Of a stretch of DNA of 64,000 nucleotides, positions 11,901 through 19,614 are shown piece by piece. Position numbers and translations under genes: made by a program. Location: assembly GCA_965231015.1 (NCBI GenBank), contig OZ246408.1, forward strand, positions 19,755 to 83,754, in the 5' to 3' direction. The notes below the pieces were generated by a model. It was not told the DNA's origin, did no database searches, and saw only the letters and a list, made by a program, of their open reading frames with translations. The stretch comes from an uncultured Gammaproteobacteria bacterium. Lineage in GTDB: Bacteria; Patescibacteriota; Patescibacteriia; UBA9934; CAZDDW01. How positions within the stretch are numbered: position 1 is the first letter of the stretch; each line of letters starts with the position of its first letter.

Positions 11901-14900
11901 CATCCCCTGAACCAGGGTTGCCGATCAAAACGGCATTGGCAGTGCTAGTGGCTTGGGTGTTTACCCGGAAAGCGATTTCGGCCAGGTCGGCCAAAACATC
12001 AAGTCGAGCCCCAGCGGCATTAGTTCCGATGGCAACACGATCATCTCCAGCGTCAACGTAAAACAAGTCGCCGATATTATCACCCTCAATACGCACATCA
12101 AAATCATCTCCGGCCTCATTATAAACTAAAGCATTATTTCCGGTGTCATATCCAATAATGTATTCGTCAGCTGTCGCTGTACCAATGTGAATTGATTCTG
12201 AACCAAGGAAAATATCGGCCCAACGCTGGTCAGCATCACCAAGAGTGTAGGTATCATCTGCGTTAGGGATCAAGTTAGAAATAAATTCTCCGTTGACATC
12301 AATGTCATCAGTGTCAGAGCTTCCGAGCGTAGCATTGTCATCAAACTGAACGTCGCCGTTGTCTACGTGCAAAGCAAGACCGGTTCCGTTGGTGTCGTTG
12401 ACGTAAAGTGCTCCGCCGGCCGCGTTAGTGGTGACTTCAAAAGTGTAATCGGCGGCGTTAGAACCTGTAAACTCGATGGCACTTGAATCAACCGTCACTT
12501 GTCGTCCAGCTCCGGCTCCGCCGTAGTCATAGGCTCCATCAAGAGTCACCCCGGAAGCAGTCACATCTGAAACCAAAGCAATTTCAGACCACGCACCACC
12601 AGTGCGTAACCACAGCTCGCCTTCCGATCCGGTATCAAGCAAATAAAGTGAACCATCATCAGCCGAAGCAATTGGTGGATCAGCTGCACCAACAAAAATA
12701 TCTGCCGTCTCTGCGGCTCCATTATTAGTTAAGCGAATCATTGGTTGATCAGTATTCTCGATTACTGCAGCAATACCAATTGTTGTAGTAGCGTCATCAG
12801 CTCTAAAGTAACCACCATAGCCAGTGGTCATAGCATCAGTTACTTCTCTAACATAACCGTAGACACCATAAGCGGTAGTTATTGCACCAGTTCCATAAGG
12901 ATAAACTTCACCATAAAGTCCGTAAGCGTTAGAAATTGTTCCATTACCCGCACTTGAACGTCCGAATGCTCCAGCAGTGTAATTAACAGTTTGAGCTCCA
13001 ACATCCATTAAAGCGTATCCGGCAGAACCGTAAATTCTTTCTTCTGCCGTGCCTGCCGTGCCTGTAAAATTGGCCTCACCACGAGTTCCTTGGAGTTCAG
13101 TATAATTATCATCAGTGTCTCCTGAAAAATTGGATACTCCGACTGTACCTTGAATATATGTAGCAGCAGTTAAAGTTTGTGTATCGTTGTGAGTACCGAT
13201 AATACTTCTCGATGTTCCCGAGGTAAGAGGTGTTGTTTTAGTTCCTTCAATAGCGTCCCCGGCACCAAGCATGGTTGAAAGTAAACCATCACCCGTCGAA
13301 CCAGTATTATCATTAGTTTGGTTGATATGAATCATGTGACCTGTGAAGAGATCGGCATCATCTACTCGATAAAGATAGATACCGTTTCCACCGGTCAAAT
13401 CTGCCAAGTTGGCAGTAAATGCGTTACCGTTGGTAACTGAATTGGCCGACAAAGTCATGACATCTCCGGTATCGGTTGAACTAATATGAAAGAATGAAAC
13501 CGGAGTGTTGGTTCCAATACCAACCTCATTATCGCCACCGTCCACGAAGAACATATTAGCGTTGCCGTCGGATTCGATGCGGAAATCAGCATCAATACCA
13601 GCCTCGTTAAAAGTTGCCGCTCCTCGAACATCCAGAGTAGCCAAAGGTGAGGCCGTTCCGATTCCAACCCTATCATTGGTCGCATCAATCGAAAGGGTGT
13701 TCGAGTCAAAATTTAATCCGTTCACTCCACCAGAAAGAGTCACAGCGGTGTCGTTAGCAAAAGTCCATGCCGCGGCATTTGAGGTCACGGTATCTCCTGA
13801 TGTGTTTCCAAGATAAACGTCTCCCAACACTTCAAGCTCATCATCGACTTTCAGATCCCCGGCCGCTCCGGAACCATAACTAAAAGCCGCATCTGCTCCA
13901 ACAATGATTGCTTCGGTGTTAGAAAAATATCCGTTGGTTCCATCAAGCCAAAGAGCATCCGAAGTAAGGGCAATGGTTCCGGATTGGTTCGGCAAACTAT
14001 AAGTTCGAGCTCCGTCCAGATTAACAGTTTGTAAAGCTCCAAAGTGGCTATCGCTGTCGTAGAAAGACAGTGAAGTGCTGTTCGTGTCGGTTCCGTCAAA
14101 ACAATCTCCGGTCAAGCAAGAACCCACACTCGTAATGTCACCGGTGGCGCCACCAGTAATGGCGGCATCAAGGTCGTCTAAGACGTCTTGAACGTTAGAG
14201 GCGCTTGAGTTATCAAATTCATCAAACACGCCGATTAAATAGGCACCGGAATCTGTTGCTGAAGTTGACTCACCAGCTGATGTGTCTGAATCTAGGAAAA
14301 GGTTAGTTGAGGTGTTAAGGGTAAGTGTCTCGGTTGCTCCAAGTAAAATGTCGTCCCCAGATGTCGCAGGAGACAGATCTGTACCGGACTGTTGCCAATA
14401 GTTTGTAGTACTAGATGACGAAACACAAACCACCCCTAAACTGTCTCTAAAACAAAGACTGTCTGGGTTGTCAGATGAAGCTCCGGTTTCATACCAAAAA
14501 TCACCCTCAGTTAGACTACTTGGCTCAGCCGAGATTCCGAGCAAGGCTAAATGCGGTTCGGCCGTATTAGCCTGGTTAATCTCAATCCCCGGCATAGCGT
14601 CGCCACTCGGGTTCACAATATCAATCTTGGCTCCAGGTGTGGCCGTTCCGATACCCATCTCGCCATACTCACCATCAATTCCCTCGACCGGAAAAACCAG
14701 AAAGGCATTGGCTTGGCTAATATCGATATCTGAAGAACTACTTGAATCATAACCAAAGGCAAAAGTTTGATCCGCAGATGAATCAAGATTTAACGATCGT
14801 CCAGCAACCCAGCTATTTCTTCCAACCACAGTGTTATAACTACCTCCAGCCACAGTACTGAACTCAGCACTTACCGTATTATTATAACCACCAACAATAG

Positions 14901-17900
14901 TGGCAAAATTACTACCTGTGGTGTCAATTGTATTATCTTCACCTCCACCAATAGCAGAAGATATACCAGCCGAAATGGTATTATCAGCTCCTCCAACAAT
15001 TACACCGTTACGACCAGCCCATCCACCAGTGCCCGTGATATTGTTATTATTACCACCACCAATTGTAGAATACTGACCACCTGGTTGGAATGCACCACCC
15101 TGCGCATCAATCAGGTTATCATCACCACCACCAATTGTAGCCCATCGCGAAGCAGAAGTAACAGAACTTCCAGCATCGATGATATTATTGTCACCTCCAC
15201 CAATAGTGCCATGCATTTCATTGGCTTGGTTAGTGTCACCACCAGCTACTGTAGTGTACTGGTCTTGCGCATAGTTTCCATAACCACCACCCACACTGGC
15301 ATAATCTTCAGTTGCACGGTTATAGGCACCACCACTGATAGTTAAATAGTCTGTTGCGGTAGCAGCAGTTCCAATAGTTGAATTCCAACCTAAATTAATA
15401 TAAGTGTTTGGGTTTGTTCCATTAATAGTGGATCCGGAAGGATCGATCATTAAACCTCGGTTTGGCTCATTGGCTGGATATAAATAATCACTTCCTCCAT
15501 CCTCGGTCCAATAGCCAGTGGTAATATCTGAAACCAAAGCAATTTCAGACCACGCACCACCAGTGCGTAACCACAGCTCGCCTTCCGATCCGGTATCAAG
15601 CAAATAAAGTGAACCATCATCAGCCGAAGCAATTGGTGGATCAGCTGCACCAACAAAAATATCTGCCGTCTCTGCGGCTCCATTATTAGTTAAGCGAATC
15701 ATTGGTTGATCAGTATTCTCGATTACTGCAGCAATACCAATTGTTGTAGTAGCGTCATCAGCTCTAAAGTAACCACCATAGCCAGTGGTCATAGCATCAG
15801 TTACTTCTCTAACATAACCGTAGACACCATAAGCGGTAGTTATTGCACCAGTTCCATAAGGATAAACTTCACCATAAAGTCCGTAAGCGTTAGAAATTGT
15901 TCCATTACCCGCACTTGAACGTCCGAATGCTCCAGCAGTGTAATTAACAGTTTGAGCTCCAACATCCATTAAAGCGTATCCGGCAGAACCGTAAATTCTT
16001 TCTTCTGCCGTGCCTGCCGTGCCTGTAAAATTGGCCTCACCACGAGTTCCTTGGAGTTCAGTATAATTATCATCAGTGTCTCCTGAAAAATTGGATACTC
16101 CGACTGTACCTTGAATATATGTAGCAGCAGTTAAAGTTTGTGTATCGTTGTGAGTACCGATAATACTTCTCGATGTTCCCGAGGTAAGAGGTGTTGTTTT
16201 AGTTCCTTCAATAGCGTCCCCGGCACCAAGCATGGTTGAAAGTAAACCATCACCCGTCGAACCAGTATTATCATTAGTTTGGTTGATATGAATCATGTGA
16301 CCTGTGAAGAGATCGGCATCATCTACTCGATAAAGATAGATACCGTTTCCACCGGTCAAATCTGCCAAGTTGGCAGTAAATGCGTTACCGTTGGTAACTG
16401 AATTGGCCGACAAAGTCATGACATCTCCGGTATCGGTTGAACTAATATGAAAGAATGAAACCGGAGTGTTGGTTCCAATACCAACCTCATTATCGCCACC
16501 GTCCACGAAGAACATATTAGCGTTGCCGTCGGATTCGATGCGGAAATCAGCATCAATACCAGCCTCGTTAAAAGTTGCCGCTCCTCGAACATCCAGAGTA
16601 GCCAAAGGTGAGGCCGTTCCGATTCCAACCCTATCATTGGTCGCATCAATCGAAAGGGTGTTCGAGTCAAAATTTAATCCGTTCACTCCACCAGAAAGAG
16701 TCACAGCGGTGTCGTTAGCAAAAGTCCATGCCGCGGCATTTGAGGTCACGGTATCTCCTGATGTGTTTCCAAGATAAACGTCTCCCAACACTTCAAGCTC
16801 ATCATCGACTTTCAGATCCCCGGCCGCTCCGGAACCATAACTAAAAGCCGCATCTGCTCCAACAATGATTGCTTCGGTGTTAGAAAAATATCCGTTGGTT
16901 CCATCAGTCCAGAGACTAGATCCAATGTCAGAAAGAAATGCAACTGTTCCGGTCCCATCTTGGAAAGTAATGCTATTATCTGATCCGACTGGGTCAGGCA
17001 TGACAAAAATAGTTTCCCACCCATCATCAGTGGCTCCGTCAAAATAAAGCGCGCTGGCTCCTTGAATCGCTCCGGTCACGGTCAGCGCATCGGTCAGGGC
17101 GTCACCCAAATTTACATCATCGTCAAACTGAACGTCGCCGTTGTCTACGTGCAAAGCAAGACCGGTTCCGTTGGTGTCGTTGACGTAAAGTGCTCCGCCG
17201 GCCGCGTTAGTGGTGACTTCAAAAGTGTAATCGGCGGCGTTAGAACCTGTAAACTCGATGGCACTTGAATCAACCGTCACTTGTCGTCCAGCTCCGGCTC
17301 CACCCTGGTCGTAGGCCAAATCCAAAGTATTCCCGGCTCCGGCCACTCCAAGCTGACTCCAGGTGTTAGCGTCATCCGTATTGATATAAATGCGGCCATT
17401 GGTGTAGTCAAGCGCAATAGATCCGCGTGGAGCGGTCAAAGCTCCGTTTGGCGAACCGCCGTAATTGAATATGATGGTTTCATCCGTACCGTCGTTCATA
17501 CTAATAAAGCCACCGTTGTTAGACACCCCGCTCCGAGTCAAATTAATCATGTCTCCACTGGTCAAGGAGGTGGCACTAATCTCTATAACATTGCCTGTGG
17601 TGGTCGAGTTGGAACTAATGGATAGTGAATCTGATGTCACAGCGGTTGTGTCGAGCGACAAAGCTGACCCTTCACCATTTTGATCAATCAAAAGACCGAC
17701 AGACGCGGCACCTTGTTCGACTTCCAATTTTGCTCCCGGGGTGGCTGTCCCAACTCCCACTTGGTCATTGTCAGACTCAACCACCAACACACTACCGTCC
17801 ACTGTAAAATCGTCACCGGCATTGCCGCCGTTTAGGATAACGTCCACGGAGCCGGCTGCGGCAGACACATCGATATCGAACCCGGATGTGGCCGCGGAAG

Positions 17901-19614
17901 TGTAAAGCGAACCATCATCGTAATAAGTAGTGGCACCCCCGGCGGCAAAGCGGCCGTCAGCGGCCACATTTCCGTTTTGGTCAATGTAAAACTCACGATC
18001 AGGTACACCATCGGCATCAGAATAAAGTTCCATGAAATAAAAGTTGCCGGTGTCCTCCTCATTCGTACTCATGTTTAAAATTGTATTGGAAAAGCCGGTG
18101 TTGGAAGCCAGAACAGTAACTAGGTCAAAATCAGTGCTTTGACTAATTTCCAAAGTTTCGTCTGCGGCATTAGAACCGGCAAACTGCAAAGCACCCGCAT
18201 CTACCGTGATCGAACGCCCGACTCCGGCTCCACCCTGGTCGTAGGCCGCATCAAGTGTGTTGGCACCGCCTCCCGCAATCGCAGAGTCCAAGTCATCAAG
18301 CACATCCTGAACATTGGTTGAATTCGAATTAGTAAACTCATCAAATACACCAATGAGATATGCACCTGAATCCGTAGCAGCTGTAGATTCGCCAGCTGTG
18401 GTGTCCGCGTCAAGATATAAACTAGTAGAAGCAATTAGATATAAATTACCGTCAGTCTCAATATTCCCCTCCACATACAAATCTTCCCCGTCTAATGCCA
18501 CGGTCGGAGCCGCATCTCCAATTTTAACGTTGCCGGTTTGAATGAAAAGGTCATCACCGGCTGCGTTTAAAGTAAAAGTAAAGTCGCCGCCGGAATCGGT
18601 TATGAGCCCGTCACCGTACTCGGAAGAAGCCCCAGCAATGAATCGGCCGTCAGTATAAACATTTCCTTCCACACCGGCCATACCAGCCACAAACAAGTCA
18701 TCACCTCCCAAAGCAAAGCCCCCGTTTGCCATGGTGGATGTATCCGAGGTTGAAGCTCCAACCACTAAATCGTTTGCAATATAGGCGTCAGACAACACTT
18801 CAATCTCATCTGCCACTCGAAGGTCGCCCACTCCGCCCGAGGCATACACAAACGCTGCATCAACTCCCACAATCACTGCTTCATCATCTTCAAACACACC
18901 GTTGGCTCCATCTTCCCAAAGACCACCAGTAATGTCCGAGAGAAATGCCACGGTGCCAGTGCCGTCTTGAAAGGTGATAGTGTTGGCACCGGTTGGATCA
19001 ATAAATTGGAAAGATGTAGTTACCCCATCGTTTGATGGTCCCTCAAAAACCAATGGAGTAGCACTGATAAATTCAGCACCAGAAAAATCAAAATCACCAG
19101 TGGCAACATCCCCGGTGTTCAGCATAAAACTACCCGAATCAATTCCATCGAGTGTTTGAGCGTTCAAAGCGTAAGGTGTGGCTACGACTCGTTTGCGCGG
19201 AGTCAGGGTCTCGCCTTCCACTTCGACCTCAAGATACACTTCATCGTTATCTGCAAAGACAGTATCGTTAACGGCTGCGTATCCATCCCCTGTATCACCC
19301 AGATTTTCTGAAAATAGCCCGTCGGTTAAAGTAATATTAATGTCAGCGTTAGTAGCACAACCGGAGTCATCATTTGACCAAAGACAAGAACCTCCTACAG
19401 CCGCATCATAAAACCTAAACTGCATGTCCGCGTTAGCGGCCGCCAGTGGAACCCCGTTTGAATCCAATAATCGACCCTGATAAGAAATGATGTTATCCGG
19501 ATCGACTGCACCTGCACGCTGAACCATAGGCACGAAAACGAGTGCCAGTAGGACGAACACAGCTAAATAGCCGGTCAGCTTTTTAAGATTTTTGAGTTGG
19601 GTTTCCCCCTTCAT
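5935..19614 (-). CDS. Giant (4559 aa) tail-fibre-like surface protein with two C-terminal peptidase-S74-like intramolecular chaperone domains
   Basis: Single uninterrupted 13.7-kb ORF. N-terminal signal/TM anchor (LAVFVLLALVFVPMV). N-terminal IxYQGRLxDxxGxP...FRFYDAxxGGxxLW motif. Dozens of (D/N)xVGIGTxxPxxxL(D/E)VxG repeats typical of 'tail fiber domain-containing' proteins. Gly/Thr/Asn/Asp-rich beta-repeat body. Two tandem blocks (..FDVAERMP..GLVGVVSTDPAF..ALSGRVPVRVS..GYAMKATEAG.. and ..YDFAEMFP..GLVAGIVSTKPGF..ALAGRVPVKVS..GYAMKATEAG..) resemble the endosialidase/tail-spike C-terminal chaperone (peptidase S74) fold. Acidic E/D-rich C-terminal tail. The start overlaps the upstream gene by 32 nt. 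Confidence 0.8.
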   Translation of the reverse strand: MKGETQLKNLKKLTGYLAVFVLLALVFVPMVQRAGAVDPDNIISYQGRLLDSNGVPLAAANADMQFRFYDAAVGGSCLWSNDDSGCATNADINITLTDGLFSENLGDTGDGYAAVNDTVFADNDEVYLEVEVEGETLTPRKRVVATPYALNAQTLDGIDSGSFMLNTGDVATGDFDFSGAEFISATPLVFEGPSNDGVTTSFQFIDPTGANTITFQDGTGTVAFLSDITGGLWEDGANGVFEDDEAVIVGVDAAFVYASGGVGDLRVADEIEVLSDAYIANDLVVGASTSDTSTMANGGFALGGDDLFVAGMAGVEGNVYTDGRFIAGASSEYGDGLITDSGGDFTFTLNAAGDDLFIQTGNVKIGDAAPTVALDGEDLYVEGNIETDGNLYLIASTSLYLDADTTAGESTAATDSGAYLIGVFDEFTNSNSTNVQDVLDDLDSAIAGGGANTLDAAYDQGGAGVGRSITVDAGALQFAGSNAADETLEISQSTDFDLVTVLASNTGFSNTILNMSTNEEDTGNFYFMELYSDADGVPDREFYIDQNGNVAADGRFAAGGATTYYDDGSLYTSAATSGFDIDVSAAAGSVDVILNGGNAGDDFTVDGSVLVVESDNDQVGVGTATPGAKLEVEQGAASVGLLIDQNGEGSALSLDTTAVTSDSLSISSNSTTTGNVIEISATSLTSGDMINLTRSGVSNNGGFISMNDGTDETIIFNYGGSPNGALTAPRGSIALDYTNGRIYINTDDANTWSQLGVAGAGNTLDLAYDQGGAGAGRQVTVDSSAIEFTGSNAADYTFEVTTNAAGGALYVNDTNGTGLALHVDNGDVQFDDDVNLGDALTDALTVTGAIQGASALYFDGATDDGWETIFVMPDPVGSDNSITFQDGTGTVAFLSDIGSSLWTDGTNGYFSNTEAIIVGADAAFSYGSGAAGDLKVDDELEVLGDVYLGNTSGDTVTSNAAAWTFANDTAVTLSGGVNGLNFDSNTLSIDATNDRVGIGTASPLATLDVRGAATFNEAGIDADFRIESDGNANMFFVDGGDNEVGIGTNTPVSFFHISSTDTGDVMTLSANSVTNGNAFTANLADLTGGNGIYLYRVDDADLFTGHMIHINQTNDNTGSTGDGLLSTMLGAGDAIEGTKTTPLTSGTSRSIIGTHNDTQTLTAATYIQGTVGVSNFSGDTDDNYTELQGTRGEANFTGTAGTAEERIYGSAGYALMDVGAQTVNYTAGAFGRSSAGNGTISNAYGLYGEVYPYGTGAITTAYGVYGYVREVTDAMTTGYGGYFRADDATTTIGIAAVIENTDQPMIRLTNNGAAETADIFVGAADPPIASADDGSLYLLDTGSEGELWLRTGGAWSEIALVSDITTGYWTEDGGSDYLYPANEPNRGLMIDPSGSTINGTNPNTYINLGWNSTIGTAATATDYLTISGGAYNRATEDYASVGGGYGNYAQDQYTTVAGGDTNQANEMHGTIGGGDNNIIDAGSSVTSASRWATIGGGDDNLIDAQGGAFQPGGQYSTIGGGNNNNITGTGGWAGRNGVIVGGADNTISAGISSAIGGGEDNTIDTTGSNFATIVGGYNNTVSAEFSTVAGGSYNTVVGRNSWVAGRSLNLDSSADQTFAFGYDSSSSSDIDISQANAFLVFPVEGIDGEYGEMGIGTATPGAKIDIVNPSGDAMPGIEINQANTAEPHLALLGISAEPSSLTEGDFWYETGASSDNPDSLCFRDSLGVVCVSSSSTTNYWQQSGTDLSPATSGDDILLGATETLTLNTSTNLFLDSDTSAGESTSATDSGAYLIGVFDEFDNSSASNVQDVLDDLDAAITGGATGDITSVGSCLTGDCFDGTDTNSTSLSFYDSDSHFGALQTVNLDGARTYSLPNQSGTIALTSDALWLDGTNGYFSNTEAIIVGADAAFSYGSGAAGDLKVDDELEVLGDVYLGNTSGDTVTSNAAAWTFANDTAVTLSGGVNGLNFDSNTLSIDATNDRVGIGTASPLATLDVRGAATFNEAGIDADFRIESDGNANMFFVDGGDNEVGIGTNTPVSFFHISSTDTGDVMTLSANSVTNGNAFTANLADLTGGNGIYLYRVDDADLFTGHMIHINQTNDNTGSTGDGLLSTMLGAGDAIEGTKTTPLTSGTSRSIIGTHNDTQTLTAATYIQGTVGVSNFSGDTDDNYTELQGTRGEANFTGTAGTAEERIYGSAGYALMDVGAQTVNYTAGAFGRSSAGNGTISNAYGLYGEVYPYGTGAITTAYGVYGYVREVTDAMTTGYGGYFRADDATTTIGIAAVIENTDQPMIRLTNNGAAETADIFVGAADPPIASADDGSLYLLDTGSEGELWLRTGGAWSEIALVSDVTASGVTLDGAYDYGGAGAGRQVTVDSSAIEFTGSNAADYTFEVTTNAAGGALYVNDTNGTGLALHVDNGDVQFDDNATLGSSDTDDIDVNGEFISNLIPNADDTYTLGDADQRWADIFLGSESIHIGTATADEYIIGYDTGNNALVYNEAGDDFDVRIEGDNIGDLFYVDAGDDRVAIGTNAAGARLDVLADLAEIAFRVNTQATSTANAVLIGNPGSGDAVLINNTGSGEGIDLDMTDPNNDADGITVTHASNGTGDGITVSLTDNSNNGSGVAITHAGPGDALSITKNIAGNGIDLDMAANSPVDAFGISVDVTNAGAGSAMAADFQGSNVQIWDGAASVDFATGEGDLYVEDDLEVDGAIYGTLNPGLTDGSIVFINSGLSEDNANFFYNNATKEFYLGGTSAANADINLAGTGAAIFNEGGGSVDFRVESNNETNMLFVDGSADMVGIGASSPSAILDVANDPSGGATAIVMQEIDLDILNSNQTANTTGLDINFADGVNSSTATNTGLNIDLSNISGGTDYGMTVAANDYAAVFTIGNVGIGDTTPDADLDILSNAAGESLLNLEALASVNQDVIHLENSGSGTGFRLSNQSSSNAYGIYLSQAANQHSILVQSDSTTQSILDGNSKNSSGSLILLTNEPDAAGSGAHGLNVNFVDTNNQSGNPIFITPSANATVGQIHLGTGQNSASAANESEIWYDDNDDQFCFDNGTEFCIDDTVASGTGSTGQVTFWTASGLSGENNFFWDASNDELGIGTNAPDYDLEVAGDAGFIDTTNENVVTVHGDNAAFSNTLLTLQTDEEDTGSFYFIEAIEDFDNTGDVKFSVDQDGTIVSGSTITINGSSNFIESSGNMQLRPNGETDDYVEFSSTGSHLELVTVGGGDLRLDPGSDTVRNYGMFGIYDPASEVDHVAISHDGTNALVTYINTGAMIFNDNASAVDFQIKSTANDNMFFVDAVDDRVGVGTNNPSTELEVAGDIGVDERLEHNLDTNTYLSFTNNQIDFFAGAVSMLSLDEGTQDIVVVNNTGADVDFQVQATGAANALFVRGSDGNVGLGTSAPGQILDVAGNVELDEYLYFNNAGTESLRWNNGASQFELSDDVNLSGHLAAGTAGAISTNTVVDVSETLNADSDFTGLDLDATLTGAQTAARTLYGTSSTLDFTGTTASTIDMSAIQAVADYSSASDSAALSYLRAIKAEATLSNTGNVDYIYGLEIDTDLSAAGSVANVYGINADIANTAGTISSGAYGAYLRLSDTGAGTNQGLSTFVNVASATNYGNRNVVSGTGSTNYGVHSSVGGSNATNNYAVYATATGSGTTPNYGVYTTASGGANNYAIYSEDGNVQIHDGGGGTANVATGDGDLYVQGQLELDLDNAGASDGVTITGTDVTTGDVMDIGTNSLTSGSGIKVTRVDSGSSNYTAGSSNALLYLAQLDDEVGSVGEVVRIKNSGGGSGGGDATALHIYQDFVDNPGVNSMGQQALVIDVGQSGSAEDVIKVRNDAAAETILRFTNQGKMMFAGTLHAGQVSNTYAYHTISSGAVTKTLAAVAGSDDLFIAGDVELGSSILCIDDDGTDPDTCADIGAPAVGNAYADGSFNSAAFDVAERMPSTDATLSAGEVVVLDSANAEHVLRSSGLTYEPGLVGVVSTDPAFVMGWDTSPPIALSGRVPVRVSDENGLIEIGDYLTTSSTPGYAMKATEAGMVLGRAMQIADPGNDIIVAFVDVEYYTGAVLGTDGTDTVITDNLVIDNASLTVRGSGGTSAAVITAEGDVQLAGRLYPSDRGDLQTDKYIYYDGSEGWGGDMMRTNASGWSTGSYDFAEMFPSDEVLEAGDVVVFDTSDEKVRRSSESYDGLVAGIVSTKPGFLAGDSIEGDYPVALAGRVPVKVSLENGPIAVGDPLTTSSTPGYAMKATEAGPIVGNALENYNGDGGDSIIAFVNVGYWGGGVSDTTPGTENIASGFGGIGSNVGSLTLGGSLYMQANDIINVNKIAGLGDWEVSPEGDFKTKGSFMAVIETYQGEEVEVQAELSLEATVTMSGTAQLSSGQVTIEFEEIDPHFNDIISTIAPVRVMAMPIGEPVQLYVNEQNNDGFTIMADSSSDTEFNWFVTAYRKDMEPEKYLNPETEEIIEPEEESIEEETTEEESEEDTEVDAGINDIDPIAEEPADDGETVEDPDQSGGVDEIDQVAPNAGDETNSSDNTSDPLSETLE
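12341..12519. repeat. Second intragenic direct repeat (179 bp, identical to 17123..17301, offset 4782 = 3x1594)
   Basis: Seen in the sequence; encodes the repeated ..GGAGAGRQVTVDSSAIEFTGSNAADYTFEV.. segment. A third, diverged copy lies near 18.2 kb. Confidence 0.8.
12565..13945. repeat. Intragenic direct repeat, copy 1 (1381 bp, 100% identical to 15526..16906)
   Basis: Base-by-base comparison. The identical 70-aa and 84-aa antisense ORFs in the track at offset 2961 confirm it. 2961 = 3x987, so the repeat is in-frame and duplicates ~460 aa of the giant protein (..TDGTNGYFSNTEAIIVGADAAF...GGAWSEIALVSD). Confidence 0.9.
15526..16906. repeat. Intragenic direct repeat, copy 2 (1381 bp, 100% identical to 12565..13945)
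   Basis: As for copy 1. Identity breaks at 15525/12564 and at 16907/13946. Confidence 0.9.
17123..17301. repeat. Partner copy of the 179-bp intragenic repeat
   Basis: Identical to 12341..12519. Confidence 0.8.

Noticed and set aside
5931-19614. Dozens of 60-115-aa ORFs on both strands inside the giant gene (e.g. 12745..12957, 13505..13816, 17281..17625)
   Set aside because: All lie within the single uninterrupted 13.7-kb reading frame and have no start signals. The pairs of identical small ORFs are simply shadows of the 1381-bp duplication.
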